Positions 30,861 to 39,405 of a DNA stretch of 64,000 nucleotides are shown piece by piece. Both the position numbers and the translations under genes were made by a program. Below the pieces are notes generated by a model. The model was not told the DNA's origin, did no database searches, and saw only the letters and a list, made by a program, of their open reading frames with translations. Within the stretch, counting starts at the first letter, position 1, and each line of letters begins with the position of its first letter. The stretch is taken from positions 2,558 to 66,557 of IMG/VR virus record IMGVR_UViG_3300009504_000946, one strand, 5' to 3'. The stretch comes from a virus.

Positions 30861-31654
30861 TTCAGTGTGTTTGGGTATTTCATATTTAATTTTTGTAATT
30901 CCTCCAAAATGATTATTGCAATCAAGTGGTCTCTATACCACTTCTGGTCAGCTGGGATAATGTTCCATTTAATTTTTGACTTATCAAATATCTCTTCATA
31001 GACTTCCATGTACTTGCTCCATAGCTTAGATTCTTTAAGGTCATTTGAGCTATACTTCCACATTTTTTCAACATTCGTCTTACGCTCTTCAAATCTTCTT
31101 TGCTGCTCTTCTTTGGATATGTGAAGATAAAACTTGATTACATGAGTTCCTCTATCTTTTAATAAATCTTCAAAGTTGTTAATGTGTTTATATCTTTTAT
31201 CAATGACCTCTTTGCTGAATAAACCATGAACAGTTGGAACCAATATGTCTTCATAATGTGACCTATTGAAAATACCTACGTGTCCAGATGGGGGAGCCAA
31301 TTTATGAAGTCTCCACAAAAAATCTCTTGATGCTTCATCTTCACTCGGAGCCTTAAAGGCATTTACCTCTGCTGCCATCGGATAAAGTCCATTATACAAC
31401 TTGTCAATAGAACCGTCTTTACCAGCTGCATCAAGACCTTGAAATACCAATAGCAAAGAGTGCTTATTCTCAGCCCTCATAGTTTTATGTAGTTCCTCAA
31501 TTTGAACATACATTTGTGCTGTTGCTTTTTTTATTTCTCTTTTATTCAGTTGCCCTGGAGCCTTTGTTGATATTTCACTTAAAATACCTTTCTTAGAATT
31601 TTTGATTGTATCACGAAGGATAACTTTATCAGACTTTGTTAATGTTTTTTCCAT
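30857..31654 (-). CDS. ppk2: Polyphosphate kinase 2 family
   Basis: QGLDAAGKDG, FKAPS, DFLWR, FNRSHYED, IPADQKWYR. Confidence 0.92.
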   Translation of the reverse strand: MEKTLTKSDKVILRDTIKNSKKGILSEISTKAPGQLNKREIKKATAQMYVQIEELHKTMRAENKHSLLLVFQGLDAAGKDGSIDKLYNGLYPMAAEVNAFKAPSEDEASRDFLWRLHKLAPPSGHVGIFNRSHYEDILVPTVHGLFSKEVIDKRYKHINNFEDLLKDRGTHVIKFYLHISKEEQQRRFEERKTNVEKMWKYSSNDLKESKLWSKYMEVYEEIFDKSKIKWNIIPADQKWYRDHLIAIIILEELQKLNMKYPNTLK

Positions 31655-31656
31655 AG

Positions 31657-33045
31657 TTATATATTTCCAGGTGTACGTGGATACAATATCACATCCCTGA
31701 TGTTTTTCATTCCAGTTACAAATTGTACCAATCTTTCAAATCCAACTCCAAATCCACTATGTGGACATGTTCCAAATCTTCTTGTATCAAGATACCAACT
31801 CATTTCTTCGTGAGATATGCCAAAGGTAGTCATTTTTTCCTTAAGAACATCAAGCCTTTCTTCTCTTTGGCTTCCACCAACAATTTCACCAATTCCAGGA
31901 AAAAGTATATCCATCGCAGCAACAGTCTTTCCATCATCATTGTCACGCATGTAAAAAGCTTTTGAGCCTTTTGGATAATCATAAACAATCACTGGTTTTC
32001 CAAAATGTTTCTCAACAAGATACCTTTCATGCTCCGACTGAAGGTCCATCCCCCACTCTTCGACTGGGAAAACAAATTGCCCCTTCTTAGCAGGTTTTGA
32101 ATCTTTTAGAATTGCAAATGCTTCAGTGTATGAAACCTTTTCAAAGTCGTTCATAACAATGTTAGCAAGCTTTTCAAGAAGAGGCTCACTCTGAAGTTCT
32201 TTTTTAATGTTCTTCTCATCATCTTCAATATATTTCTGAAGATATTGCAACTCTGGTTGACATCTGTGGTAAACATCTTTGATTACACTTCTAAGATAAC
32301 CTTCTGCGATTGTCATGTTATATCCAAGGTCTACAAAAGACATCTCTGGCTCAATCATCCAAAACTCAGACAAGTGTCTTGTGGTGTTGCTGTTCTCCGC
32401 TCTAAAAGTTGGACCGAATGTATATACTCTTCCAAGCCCAAGAGCTGCAGTTTCAGCTTCAAGTTGACCAGATACTGTCAACCCAGCTTCTCTACCAAAA
32501 AACTCACCCTCTATTTTAAACATCTCTCCAGCTCCCTCACAATCTGAACCACTTATAATTGGTGTGTGTGCATATATGAAACTTCCCTTGTCAAAAAACT
32601 CATGAGTAGCCATTGCAAGACGATGACGAATTCTAAATATTGCTTGGAATAGTTGAGTTCTCATTCTAAGATTAGAGTGTTCTCTAAAAAATTCCATTGA
32701 GTGCTTCTTTGGTTGAATTGGATATTCTTCTCCAGCTTCACCAACTACTTCAACAATTGTTGTGTTAAAGTCAACTGCTTGACCCTGACCCTTAGATTCA
32801 ACTGGCTTACCTACAACCCTAATTGAGGTTCCAGATGTTATCTTGCTCAGGTCTAATCCGAGCTCCTTATCAACTACAACTTGTAGTGAGTCGAAAGTGG
32901 AGCCGTCATACAACACAATAAAAGAAACATTCTTACTGTCTCTAATTGTTCTAACCCAGCCAAACACCTCAACTTCCTCACCCCATTGCACAATAGGCAA
33001 TAGGGAAGATGCAGATAATGCACCAAACACACTTGTTCTTTTCAT
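31657..33045 (-). CDS. asnS: Asparaginyl-tRNA synthetase
   Basis: GWVRT, LTVSGQLEAE, FRAENSNTTRHLSEFWMIEPE, DLQSEHERYL, GFGVGFERL, PRTPG. Confidence 0.95.
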   Translation of the reverse strand: MKRTSVFGALSASSLLPIVQWGEEVEVFGWVRTIRDSKNVSFIVLYDGSTFDSLQVVVDKELGLDLSKITSGTSIRVVGKPVESKGQGQAVDFNTTIVEVVGEAGEEYPIQPKKHSMEFFREHSNLRMRTQLFQAIFRIRHRLAMATHEFFDKGSFIYAHTPIISGSDCEGAGEMFKIEGEFFGREAGLTVSGQLEAETAALGLGRVYTFGPTFRAENSNTTRHLSEFWMIEPEMSFVDLGYNMTIAEGYLRSVIKDVYHRCQPELQYLQKYIEDDEKNIKKELQSEPLLEKLANIVMNDFEKVSYTEAFAILKDSKPAKKGQFVFPVEEWGMDLQSEHERYLVEKHFGKPVIVYDYPKGSKAFYMRDNDDGKTVAAMDILFPGIGEIVGGSQREERLDVLKEKMTTFGISHEEMSWYLDTRRFGTCPHSGFGVGFERLVQFVTGMKNIRDVILYPRTPGNI

Positions 33046-33054
33046 AAACTCTTA

Positions 33055-33080
33055 TACGACAAAAATTAAAAAATGTTTCT
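33055..33080 (-). promoter_or_regulatory. ECF-sigma-type promoter
   Basis: AGAAAC-N16-CGTATAA. Confidence 0.7.
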
Positions 33081-33081
33081 T

Positions 33082-33396
33082 TTATTTGGCAATTTCTCTA
33101 ATAAACACTTTATTTATTTTTGAAGGTATGTTTGAGAATTCTGAAGGAATTCTGAAGTGATGATTTCTTATGAAGTAATTTTCGCCATAAGAATATGTAT
33201 CAACAACACCTATATAATATCCAAGTCCATCATAGAATGTATTTTTTTCATATACACCTTCTGGTTCAATAATATTTACAACCTTTCTTTGAATGATGTT
33301 CTCAATTTCTTCAATAGTAAACTTATCATCTTTTCCACAATCTAAATTATGTTGTACTTGCAACATAATCAATCGGCTAACTTCCTTTAAGTCCAT
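33082..33396 (-). CDS. Hypothetical protein
   Basis: ORF. Confidence 0.55.
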   Translation of the reverse strand: MDLKEVSRLIMLQVQHNLDCGKDDKFTIEEIENIIQRKVVNIIEPEGVYEKNTFYDGLGYYIGVVDTYSYGENYFIRNHHFRIPSEFSNIPSKINKVFIREIAK

Positions 33397-33435
33397 TTCT
33401 TCTCTCTTTATTTTGTTCTTATAATTATTCTGCTG

Positions 33436-33738
33436 TCATTTTTTAAAAGCTCTATGAATTGATTCCAGGTTCTCAACCTTTGCCCACCCAAGAGCTCTAA
33501 ATGAACCTTTAGCTCTTGGGTCAAGAAATAATCTTGCCCAAGTATAGTCAACATCTGTCTTGCAATCCTTGAAACTATATGTCCTATTATTTGAATTAAG
33601 ATGTAGAAGCTCTCCGTCTGATATTCTCTCAATCGTGAATGGAACGTATCCAATATTAAACTCAACTACATCATCTGTCTCCCCATCCTTACAATCGTAA
33701 AGGAATTTGTCAAAAAATTCTTTATTTCTCTGTATCAT
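33436..33738 (-). CDS. Hypothetical protein
   Basis: ORF with ATG start. Confidence 0.55.
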   Translation of the reverse strand: MIQRNKEFFDKFLYDCKDGETDDVVEFNIGYVPFTIERISDGELLHLNSNNRTYSFKDCKTDVDYTWARLFLDPRAKGSFRALGWAKVENLESIHRAFKK

Positions 33739-33750
33739 AAAACATATATT

Positions 33751-34314
33751 TTACCCAAAAGTTTGAATCTTAGCATCCACTTCTTTTAGTTCGCCCCATG
33801 TACCGAGATATGTCACAGCTCGAACTTTTCTATTGTCAATCCAAACATATTCTTGTCCTTCTTTAATTCTTGGCTTATTCATAACCAGACCGTGGTATTG
33901 GAAACCATTTTCATGAAGCCACTTTTCGGTGACATATCTATCTTTTTCTTCTCTGGCAGTAAAAAAAGTAATTACATTTCCTTCATAATACCACTTGTTC
34001 AGCATCTCCTTTGCTCCAGGCAAAGCTTTTGCTTTAGCATAAAGATGGCTGTCCTCATTCTTGATGTCATCACAAACAGTTCCATCAATGTCAATCAAAA
34101 ACACTTTGTTGCCAGCTCTTTTCGGATTGTGATGAGAAATTCTTTCTGCCAAATCCTTTATATTCCATTTAATCCTTAATATTTCAGGGCTTAACTCAAT
34201 AAAGTCAGAGTCCTTTAGTCTCTCTCTTTCATCAACCAATCTTTTTTTCCAATATTCAATTGCCTCTTTTAGGCCTTTTAAATCCTTTGGCATTTCATCA
34301 TCATCAATCATCAT
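33751..34314 (-). CDS. HAD-superfamily phosphatase
   Basis: LIDIDGTVC, FFTAR, NKPR, WIDN. Confidence 0.8.
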   Translation of the reverse strand: MMIDDDEMPKDLKGLKEAIEYWKKRLVDERERLKDSDFIELSPEILRIKWNIKDLAERISHHNPKRAGNKVFLIDIDGTVCDDIKNEDSHLYAKAKALPGAKEMLNKWYYEGNVITFFTAREEKDRYVTEKWLHENGFQYHGLVMNKPRIKEGQEYVWIDNRKVRAVTYLGTWGELKEVDAKIQTFG

Positions 34315-34730
34315 AACTCTCTTTTATCAATTTCATGTTTAATCCTACTTGCCTCCTCATAATCCTCTATTTCAATCGCCTCATCGAGCTTTGAAACCAG
34401 CGAAGTGTCAGACATGCTCTCATATTTACTTTTTCTCTTAGCATTAACAAGTGTAGTTGGGTCTATATAATGTGCCCAACCTTCTTCAAATTTATGAATT
34501 GGCAAGTCAATCAACCTACCCTTCTGAAGTATATATGTAAATGAATCCGTAGCTTCAAAGTAGGCGCACCCATTTGCTATTCCTATGAATATAAGCTTTT
34601 CTCCAATATAACTTGAATCATAACTCATTCCACCCATAAACATACTTTGACTTATAATAACAGACGGTTCAATTCTTGTAACTATATCTCCTGGACTAAA
34701 TTCGTATATAGATTTTGGTTCTTGTTTCAT
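34311..34730 (-). CDS. Hypothetical protein with C-terminal UVR motif
   Basis: LDEAIEIEDYEEASRIK. Confidence 0.6.
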   Translation of the reverse strand: MKQEPKSIYEFSPGDIVTRIEPSVIISQSMFMGGMSYDSSYIGEKLIFIGIANGCAYFEATDSFTYILQKGRLIDLPIHKFEEGWAHYIDPTTLVNAKRKSKYESMSDTSLVSKLDEAIEIEDYEEASRIKHEIDKREL

Positions 34731-35194
34731 CCTCGATAATTTATATTAAAAAATAAACAATTTTCCCTTGGAACTCTATACATCTGGTCTTTCCCATTTC
34801 TATCGTGAGTATCTATTGTCAAATCTTCAATATAATCATCCAAAAATATTTGTTCGGAATCACAACAGACTGCCCACTCAGTTTCGACACATATTATTAT
34901 GTAATAAAATCCTTGCTTGATGTGAAGTCTTTTTTTCCTACCCAAAAAGCTAACAGTATTAAACTTATAGGTATTTTTATGTGTAAATGGATAATTTATT
35001 TTAACTTCTAATTCAAAGTAATATGTAACCCCGTCTTTTTCAGTTATTATGTCATGCTCATAATTTTCATGAGAACTCAAAACTTTATGACCCCTACTAA
35101 CGATAAAATCTATAAACTTTTGTTTAGCATAACCATCATTGTTGTCATAAGAATTTTGATTAAACTCTCTTGCTTCATATTTAAACTCCGACAT
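34727..35194 (-). CDS. Putative PD-(D/E)xK nuclease-fold protein
   Basis: HDIITEKDGVTYYFELEVK. Confidence 0.55.
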   Translation of the reverse strand: MSEFKYEAREFNQNSYDNNDGYAKQKFIDFIVSRGHKVLSSHENYEHDIITEKDGVTYYFELEVKINYPFTHKNTYKFNTVSFLGRKKRLHIKQGFYYIIICVETEWAVCCDSEQIFLDDYIEDLTIDTHDRNGKDQMYRVPRENCLFFNINYRG

Positions 35195-35340
35195 TATTTG
35201 GCAATGTAAGTTATTTTTACATATTTCTCTTTATTAATTGAGAAAATTCTATTCACTATCATTAATTCTAAGTTTAGAACAAAGATATAAATTTAAAAGC
35301 AAGTAACCAAGTAATAGAATTAAATATTTCAAAGTACATA

Positions 35341-35368
35341 AAAAAAGTACCCTACTTTAGAGGATACA
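35341..35368 (-). terminator. Probable terminator closing the tRNA-Gln array
   Basis: Imperfect hairpin GTATCCT..AGGGTAC followed by T6. Confidence 0.45.
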
Positions 35369-35373
35369 TTTTG

Positions 35374-35446
35374 TTGCCCACCCAGGGCTCGAACCTGGAC
35401 TCTTCTGTGTCAAAAACAGACGTGTTGCCAATTACACCAGCGGGCA
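35374..35446 (-). tRNA. tRNA-Gln(TTG)
   Basis: Cloverleaf; anticodon arm TCTGT-TTTTGAC-ACAGA; U1-A72; no encoded CCA. Confidence 0.92.
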
Positions 35447-35453
35447 ATATTTG

Positions 35454-35537
35454 TTGTGCAGGTAGGATTCGAACCTACAAAGGATTTCTCCATACTTGAT
35501 TCAAAGTCAAGACGCTTGCCAGTTTGCATACTGCACA
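35454..35537 (-). tRNA. Atypical tRNA-Gln(TTG) with long variable arm
   Basis: CTTGA-CTTTGAA-TCAAG; V arm TATGGAGAAATCCTTT; T arm GTAGG-TTCGAAT-CCTAC. Confidence 0.8.
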
Positions 35538-35590
35538 ATATTTGTTTCCCATATCTATTGCTTTACCTCACTTATGGGGAGTGAATTTTG

Positions 35591-35663
35591 TTGCCCACCC
35601 AGGGCTCGAACCTGGACTCTTCTGTGTCAAAAACAGACGTGTTGCCAATTACACCAGCGGACA
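35591..35663 (-). tRNA. tRNA-Gln(TTG)
   Basis: Cloverleaf; near-identical to 35374-35446. Confidence 0.92.
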
Positions 35664-35716
35664 ATATTTATTTCCCATATCTATTGCTTTACTTCACTTA
35701 TGGGGAGTGAATTTTG

Positions 35717-35789
35717 TTGCCCACCCAGGGCTCGAACCTGGACTCTTCTGTGTCAAAAACAGACGTGTTGCCAATTACACCAGCGGACA
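35717..35789 (-). tRNA. tRNA-Gln(TTG)
   Basis: Identical to 35591-35663. Confidence 0.92.
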
Positions 35790-35796
35790 ATATATC

Positions 35797-36051
35797 TTAA
35801 TTCATTTTTTCTTTCCAAACTTCTTTTATCTCCTCATCTGAAACTCCAACCTCAGACATTCTACTATGCATCATCATTAATTCAACACATAGACAAACAT
35901 CGAGTCCCAACTCAAACCTCTCCACGGCTTTGTCAAAATATTTATCAAATATTATGGGACCACCCCTTTCTAAAAGAGTTAGTGTATATCCCTCTTCACA
36001 TTCTGAACAAAGTACTTTTTTACCTTTTATTATTATTTCTTTAATTTCCAT
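35797..36051 (-). CDS. Hypothetical protein between the attenuator and the tRNA-Gln array
   Basis: 84-aa ATG ORF with CSEC motif. Confidence 0.55.
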   Translation of the reverse strand: MEIKEIIIKGKKVLCSECEEGYTLTLLERGGPIIFDKYFDKAVERFELGLDVCLCVELMMMHSRMSEVGVSDEEIKEVWKEKMN

Positions 36052-36069
36052 TTTCTAAATTTTTGACAT

Positions 36070-36099
36070 AAAAAAAGCCTGAACTAATCAGTCCAGGCT
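36070..36099 (-). terminator. Attenuator terminator (Gln leader)
   Basis: AGCCTGGACT-GATT-AGTTCAGGCT followed by T run. Confidence 0.85.
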
Positions 36100-36128
36100 C
36101 TCAAATATTTTGTTTTTTAACAAATAGT

Positions 36129-36206
36129 TCAGGCAACACCAGGACCGTCCTCTCTCGAAGATTGCTGCTGTTGTTGCTGAGCTGATATGTTAATTACGTT
36201 TTTCAT
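36129..36206 (-). CDS. Poly-Gln attenuator leader peptide, 25 aa
   Basis: MKNVINISAQQQQQQSSREDGPGVA*; contains antiterminator GTCCTGGT complementary to the terminator 5' arm. Confidence 0.8.
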   Translation of the reverse strand: MKNVINISAQQQQQQSSREDGPGVA

Positions 36207-36291
36207 TTCTCTAATAAATAGTTTTATTTTTAATAAACTTGTTTTTGCAACAATAAACCTTGTTAGTTTATTGTGTACTTTTTACTTGTTG

Positions 36292-36373
36292 TGACCGAAG
36301 CGAGACTCGAACTCGCACGCCCTGCGGCAACGGCTTCTTAGACCGCCTTGGCTACCAATTACAACACTCGGCC
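36292..36373 (-). tRNA. tRNA-Leu(AAG)
   Basis: GCGGT-CTAAGAA-GCCGT; long V arm; A73. Confidence 0.85.
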
Positions 36374-36385
36374 ATTTTTATCTTA

Positions 36386-36421
36386 TACGCAAATTTAGTT
36401 CTTTTGTTTCAAATAATCAAA
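36386..36421 (-). promoter_or_regulatory. Overlapping ECF-type and Bacteroidota housekeeping promoters
   Basis: TGAAAC-N16-CGTA (36386-36411) and TTTG-N20-TAAATTTG (36390-36421). Confidence 0.7.
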
Positions 36422-36656
36422 CTTTTTTTGCAAAAACTTTCTTTATTTTTTCTGATATTAATTCAATAGGGTTTATCTTAAGCAATACAAAAGAAAGTAA
36501 AAAGAATAGGGATGCCAATACATAAAATATATATGTTGTAATCCAATAGTCCCCTGACAATTTCATCACGAGAGCAAATAGTTCTGCATACCCGAATGGG
36601 TTCAGAAATGTTGCTATCATTAAGCAAAGAATCCCTATGTTCTTTCTGTTTCTCAT
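36417..36656 (-). CDS. Small membrane protein
   Basis: Two hydrophobic helices; start probably MRNRKN. Confidence 0.55.
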   Translation of the reverse strand: MRNRKNIGILCLMIATFLNPFGYAELFALVMKLSGDYWITTYIFYVLASLFFLLSFVLLKINPIELISEKIKKVFAKKV

Positions 36657-36763
36657 AATCCCCTGTACTGTCTGATTCCATTTAATCAATTTTTGTTTAA
36701 CAATAGAATATTGCATATTGCGATATGCAATATTCCTCTTTTTTATAAATAGAAAGATAAACT

Positions 36764-37498
36764 TTATCTTTCAATATTTTTACATAATTCATTCCACCTT
36801 AAAATGGACATCCTCACATAATCTCTCCCATCTAAGCCATAAGTTCCTACGCCATATCCATCATTTACTTCTATGAGCATTGTTTCACATTTGTCTGTAA
36901 CTCCAAAGTCAATTGCATATGCAATCGGCTGTGAAGTATAATTTTTTATCGTGTCATTTATAAAGTTAAAGTCTGGAATTACCTCATGATTCCCGCTATA
37001 CTTTCTACAGTCAATCACTTTTCCTTCTGCAACAAAAACTCTATATTCAGACACAAAATTAACAACAGATGAAGTCATTATATTAAACTCATCTCCTTGC
37101 ACAGTCAAAGTAGATATATAATCCAACTCATCCTTATCTGGAATGACAAGCCCAGTAAACAACTTCAACGTTGTCGGCTTAACAAATAAAGGAAAATTTC
37201 CATTATCCTTAAAGTGTCTTACCGTACCTATTTCTATATCCCTCATTGTATACTTATACAATTCTTTTGGAATGTCAATAGGCTCTGGAACAATTACTCC
37301 AAGACTACTTAATGCATGTCTTATTGGAGTAACTCCTCCGAATACAATTGTATTCTTTGTAATATCTAAGCTGTCAATTTCATCGTAATCAAATTTTTCA
37401 GTCTTTATTCTCAAGTGCTCACAACCCAGAAAAGCTACATAAGTTGCCTCAGTTGCAAATTCACCTTTAAATGTTTGAAGATATGCTTTTTCTATCAT
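36764..37498 (-). CDS. ATP-grasp domain protein (DUF4343/R2K-like)
   Basis: FVKP..KLFTG, SEYRVFV, AIDFG, IEVND. Confidence 0.8.
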   Translation of the reverse strand: MIEKAYLQTFKGEFATEATYVAFLGCEHLRIKTEKFDYDEIDSLDITKNTIVFGGVTPIRHALSSLGVIVPEPIDIPKELYKYTMRDIEIGTVRHFKDNGNFPLFVKPTTLKLFTGLVIPDKDELDYISTLTVQGDEFNIMTSSVVNFVSEYRVFVAEGKVIDCRKYSGNHEVIPDFNFINDTIKNYTSQPIAYAIDFGVTDKCETMLIEVNDGYGVGTYGLDGRDYVRMSILRWNELCKNIER

Positions 37499-37544
37499 GC
37501 TAAATTATAAGCATTTTTTTGCATAAATTCAAACACCTAAAAAA

Positions 37545-38306
37545 TTACATATCTTCGAGTGCCATAATTAACTTTTGCATGTCAGCATCGTAAAATCCAG
37601 CACAAGAAGTGCTTCCACACTCAACTATCTTCCATCCATTATCAGTAAGACAAACATCAATTACAAATGTATCAGCAAGTTGATATATGTCCACCATATC
37701 CTGAGCAAAATCTAAAGCATCTTGGTCAACTATGTTATCATAAACCAAGAAACTACCACGCCTATAAGTACTCTGTGTTACTATTTTTCCTTTTACAACC
37801 CAACATCTAACTTCTTGCGTAATTCTCTTTGGAACCGCTACTTGAATCTTAGAATCAAACCTTAGCGTTGTATCCTCTTGATGTGAAAGCATTCTATCTT
37901 TAAATTTATCCCATTCAGTTTTTTCATATACCTTGCCAGTAAAAGATTTTGAATCAAGGCATGGTCTTATAAAATGCTGGTCGCACTTCCAATCAAAGTC
38001 ATCTCCAAAATCAATAACCCTTGAGTCATAATTTAAAAGATTATCCTTATAATATTTTGAATACACGTTGTAATCGTGATTTTCAGTTATTAATGCACCT
38101 GGAGTCCAAGAATATTTTTTTGACAATCTCGCCAACTTAAGAGAACCAAAAACAAATACATCTTTCCTATCTGTCTTAAATTCGACTTCTTCTACAAAAG
38201 GGAAAACTGTAACCAATTCATGACTTATGTCAAACTTATTAAGACAGTTCATTAACTTAGCATGACCTTCTTCTCTAAATAAATTTTCTTGTACAATATA
38301 ATGCAT
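37545..38306 (-). CDS. ATP-grasp domain protein (DUF4343/R2K-like)
   Basis: FIRP..DSKSFTG, EVRCWVV, VIDVC, KIVE; start MHYIVQ (the track extension overlaps a tRNA). Confidence 0.8.
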   Translation of the reverse strand: MHYIVQENLFREEGHAKLMNCLNKFDISHELVTVFPFVEEVEFKTDRKDVFVFGSLKLARLSKKYSWTPGALITENHDYNVYSKYYKDNLLNYDSRVIDFGDDFDWKCDQHFIRPCLDSKSFTGKVYEKTEWDKFKDRMLSHQEDTTLRFDSKIQVAVPKRITQEVRCWVVKGKIVTQSTYRRGSFLVYDNIVDQDALDFAQDMVDIYQLADTFVIDVCLTDNGWKIVECGSTSCAGFYDADMQKLIMALEDM

Positions 38307-38322
38307 AATCTTTAATTTTTTG

Positions 38323-38405
38323 TAGCCCAGGCGAGAATCGAACTCGCACTCCACAAGGGAACAGAATTTTAAGTCCTGCGTGTCTACCAGTTTCACCACT
38401 GGGCC
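38323..38405 (-). tRNA. tRNA-Leu(TAA), long V arm
   Basis: CAGGA-CTTAAAA-TTCTG. Confidence 0.9.
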
Positions 38406-38479
38406 ATTTTTTAATATGAGTGTTCATTATCCCAATCTATTCACGTAATGTGAACACTCCAAAATAATGAACAATCTTG

Positions 38480-38560
38480 TACCGATGGAGAGAGTCGAAC
38501 TCTCACGCCTTTAGGCACTGGGTTTTGAATCCAGCGTGTCTACCATTCCACCACATCGGC
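38480..38560 (-). tRNA. tRNA-Leu(CAA), long V arm
   Basis: CTGGA-TTCAAAA-CCCAG. Confidence 0.9.
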
Positions 38561-38574
38561 ATATGCTGAGGCTT

Positions 38575-39126
38575 TCACTCAGCTGCTTTATATTTTCTAA
38601 AAGTCAAACTTACTCTCGGACCACAATCTCTATCATGCTTTGGAATCCTGTGTAAGTGTGTGTCTTGGAATCCTGGAGGCATGTAAAACAATGAGCCATT
38701 TTCTAACTTCCTTTTATTCTCATCTGGGACCATACCCTTTTCCCCTTTTTCTTTCCACCATATTTCTCTCTCTGCCCCAAATGACACAACTGCAATTCCA
38801 TCATTGTGGTCAATTGAGTGAGAATCATCAGCGTGCCATCCTAATCCATTTCTTGAGCTAACATACATGTTTAAGAAGCAAATATCCAAGCTTGTTCCTA
38901 ACTTCTCATTCACCTTATCCATTATAGACTTAACTATAGGAATCATTGGAGTTGACTTATAGGTAGGAGCTCCGCTGTGGTCTAAGTAAGAATATTCAAT
39001 GTCAGAGTTTGCCATAAAGCACTCTCTTCTCATCTTTGTCTCATCAACCCAACTTACTTCCTTCACTAATGTGTCAATAAAGTCTTCGTCAATTAACTTG
39101 TCTATGTAAACTAAATTTTTCATCAT
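38575..39126 (-). CDS. AlkB-like 2OG-Fe(II) dioxygenase
   Basis: LNMY, GWHADD, VSFGAER, HRIPK, RVSLTFR. Confidence 0.9.
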   Translation of the reverse strand: MMKNLVYIDKLIDEDFIDTLVKEVSWVDETKMRRECFMANSDIEYSYLDHSGAPTYKSTPMIPIVKSIMDKVNEKLGTSLDICFLNMYVSSRNGLGWHADDSHSIDHNDGIAVVSFGAEREIWWKEKGEKGMVPDENKRKLENGSLFYMPPGFQDTHLHRIPKHDRDCGPRVSLTFRKYKAAE

Positions 39127-39137
39127 TTTTATTTTTG

Positions 39138-39211
39138 TGACCCCTATGGAATTCGAATCCATACTATACGCTGTTTAAGAACGTTGCCTCTGCCTATTGG
39201 GCTAAGGGGCC
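39138..39211 (-). tRNA. tRNA with Leu(TAA) anticodon and short V loop
   Basis: ACGTT-CTTAAAC-AGCGT; 5-nt variable loop ATAGT. Confidence 0.85.
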
Positions 39212-39219
39212 AAATCTTG

Positions 39220-39317
39220 TGTGTTGAGCAGGATTCGAACCTACAATAAGGAGATACTGCGCAATATCTTTATCCTCACGACTAAATCGCATGTCTAACC
39301 TCTTTCATCATCAACAC
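39220..39317 (-). ncRNA. Atypical tRNA-like RNA (Leu-type D loop, shrunken anticodon loop, very long V arm)
   Basis: 7-bp acceptor GTGTTGA/TCAACAC, T arm GTAGG-TTCGAAT-CCTGC, arm GCGA-TTTAG-TCGT. Confidence 0.65.
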
Positions 39318-39318
39318 A

Positions 39319-39395
39319 TGGTACACCTGGAGGGAGTCGAACCCCCAACCTCACGAGTCGTAATCGTGTGCTCTATCCAGTTGAGCTACAGGTGC
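39319..39395 (-). tRNA. tRNA-Arg(ACG), CCA encoded
   Basis: CACGA-TTACGAC-TCGTG. Confidence 0.93.
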
Positions 39396-39405
39396 ATATT
39401 TCCGA

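Larger units (their letters stand above)
35538..35789. repeat. 126-bp tandem duplication (tRNA-Gln plus hairpin spacer) x2
   Basis: 35538-35663 and 35664-35789 are nearly identical. Confidence 0.9.

Noticed and set aside
35538-35789. Possible CRISPR array
   Set aside because: The repeats are whole tRNA genes with near-identical spacers, and there are no cas genes
35496-36044. Plus-strand ORFs with repeated peptides
   Set aside because: They are translations of the antisense of the duplicated tRNA-Gln units
36706-36735. Inverted repeat GAATATTGCATAT..ATATGCAATATTC
   Set aside because: A single AT-rich instance; operator or terminator role cannot be supported
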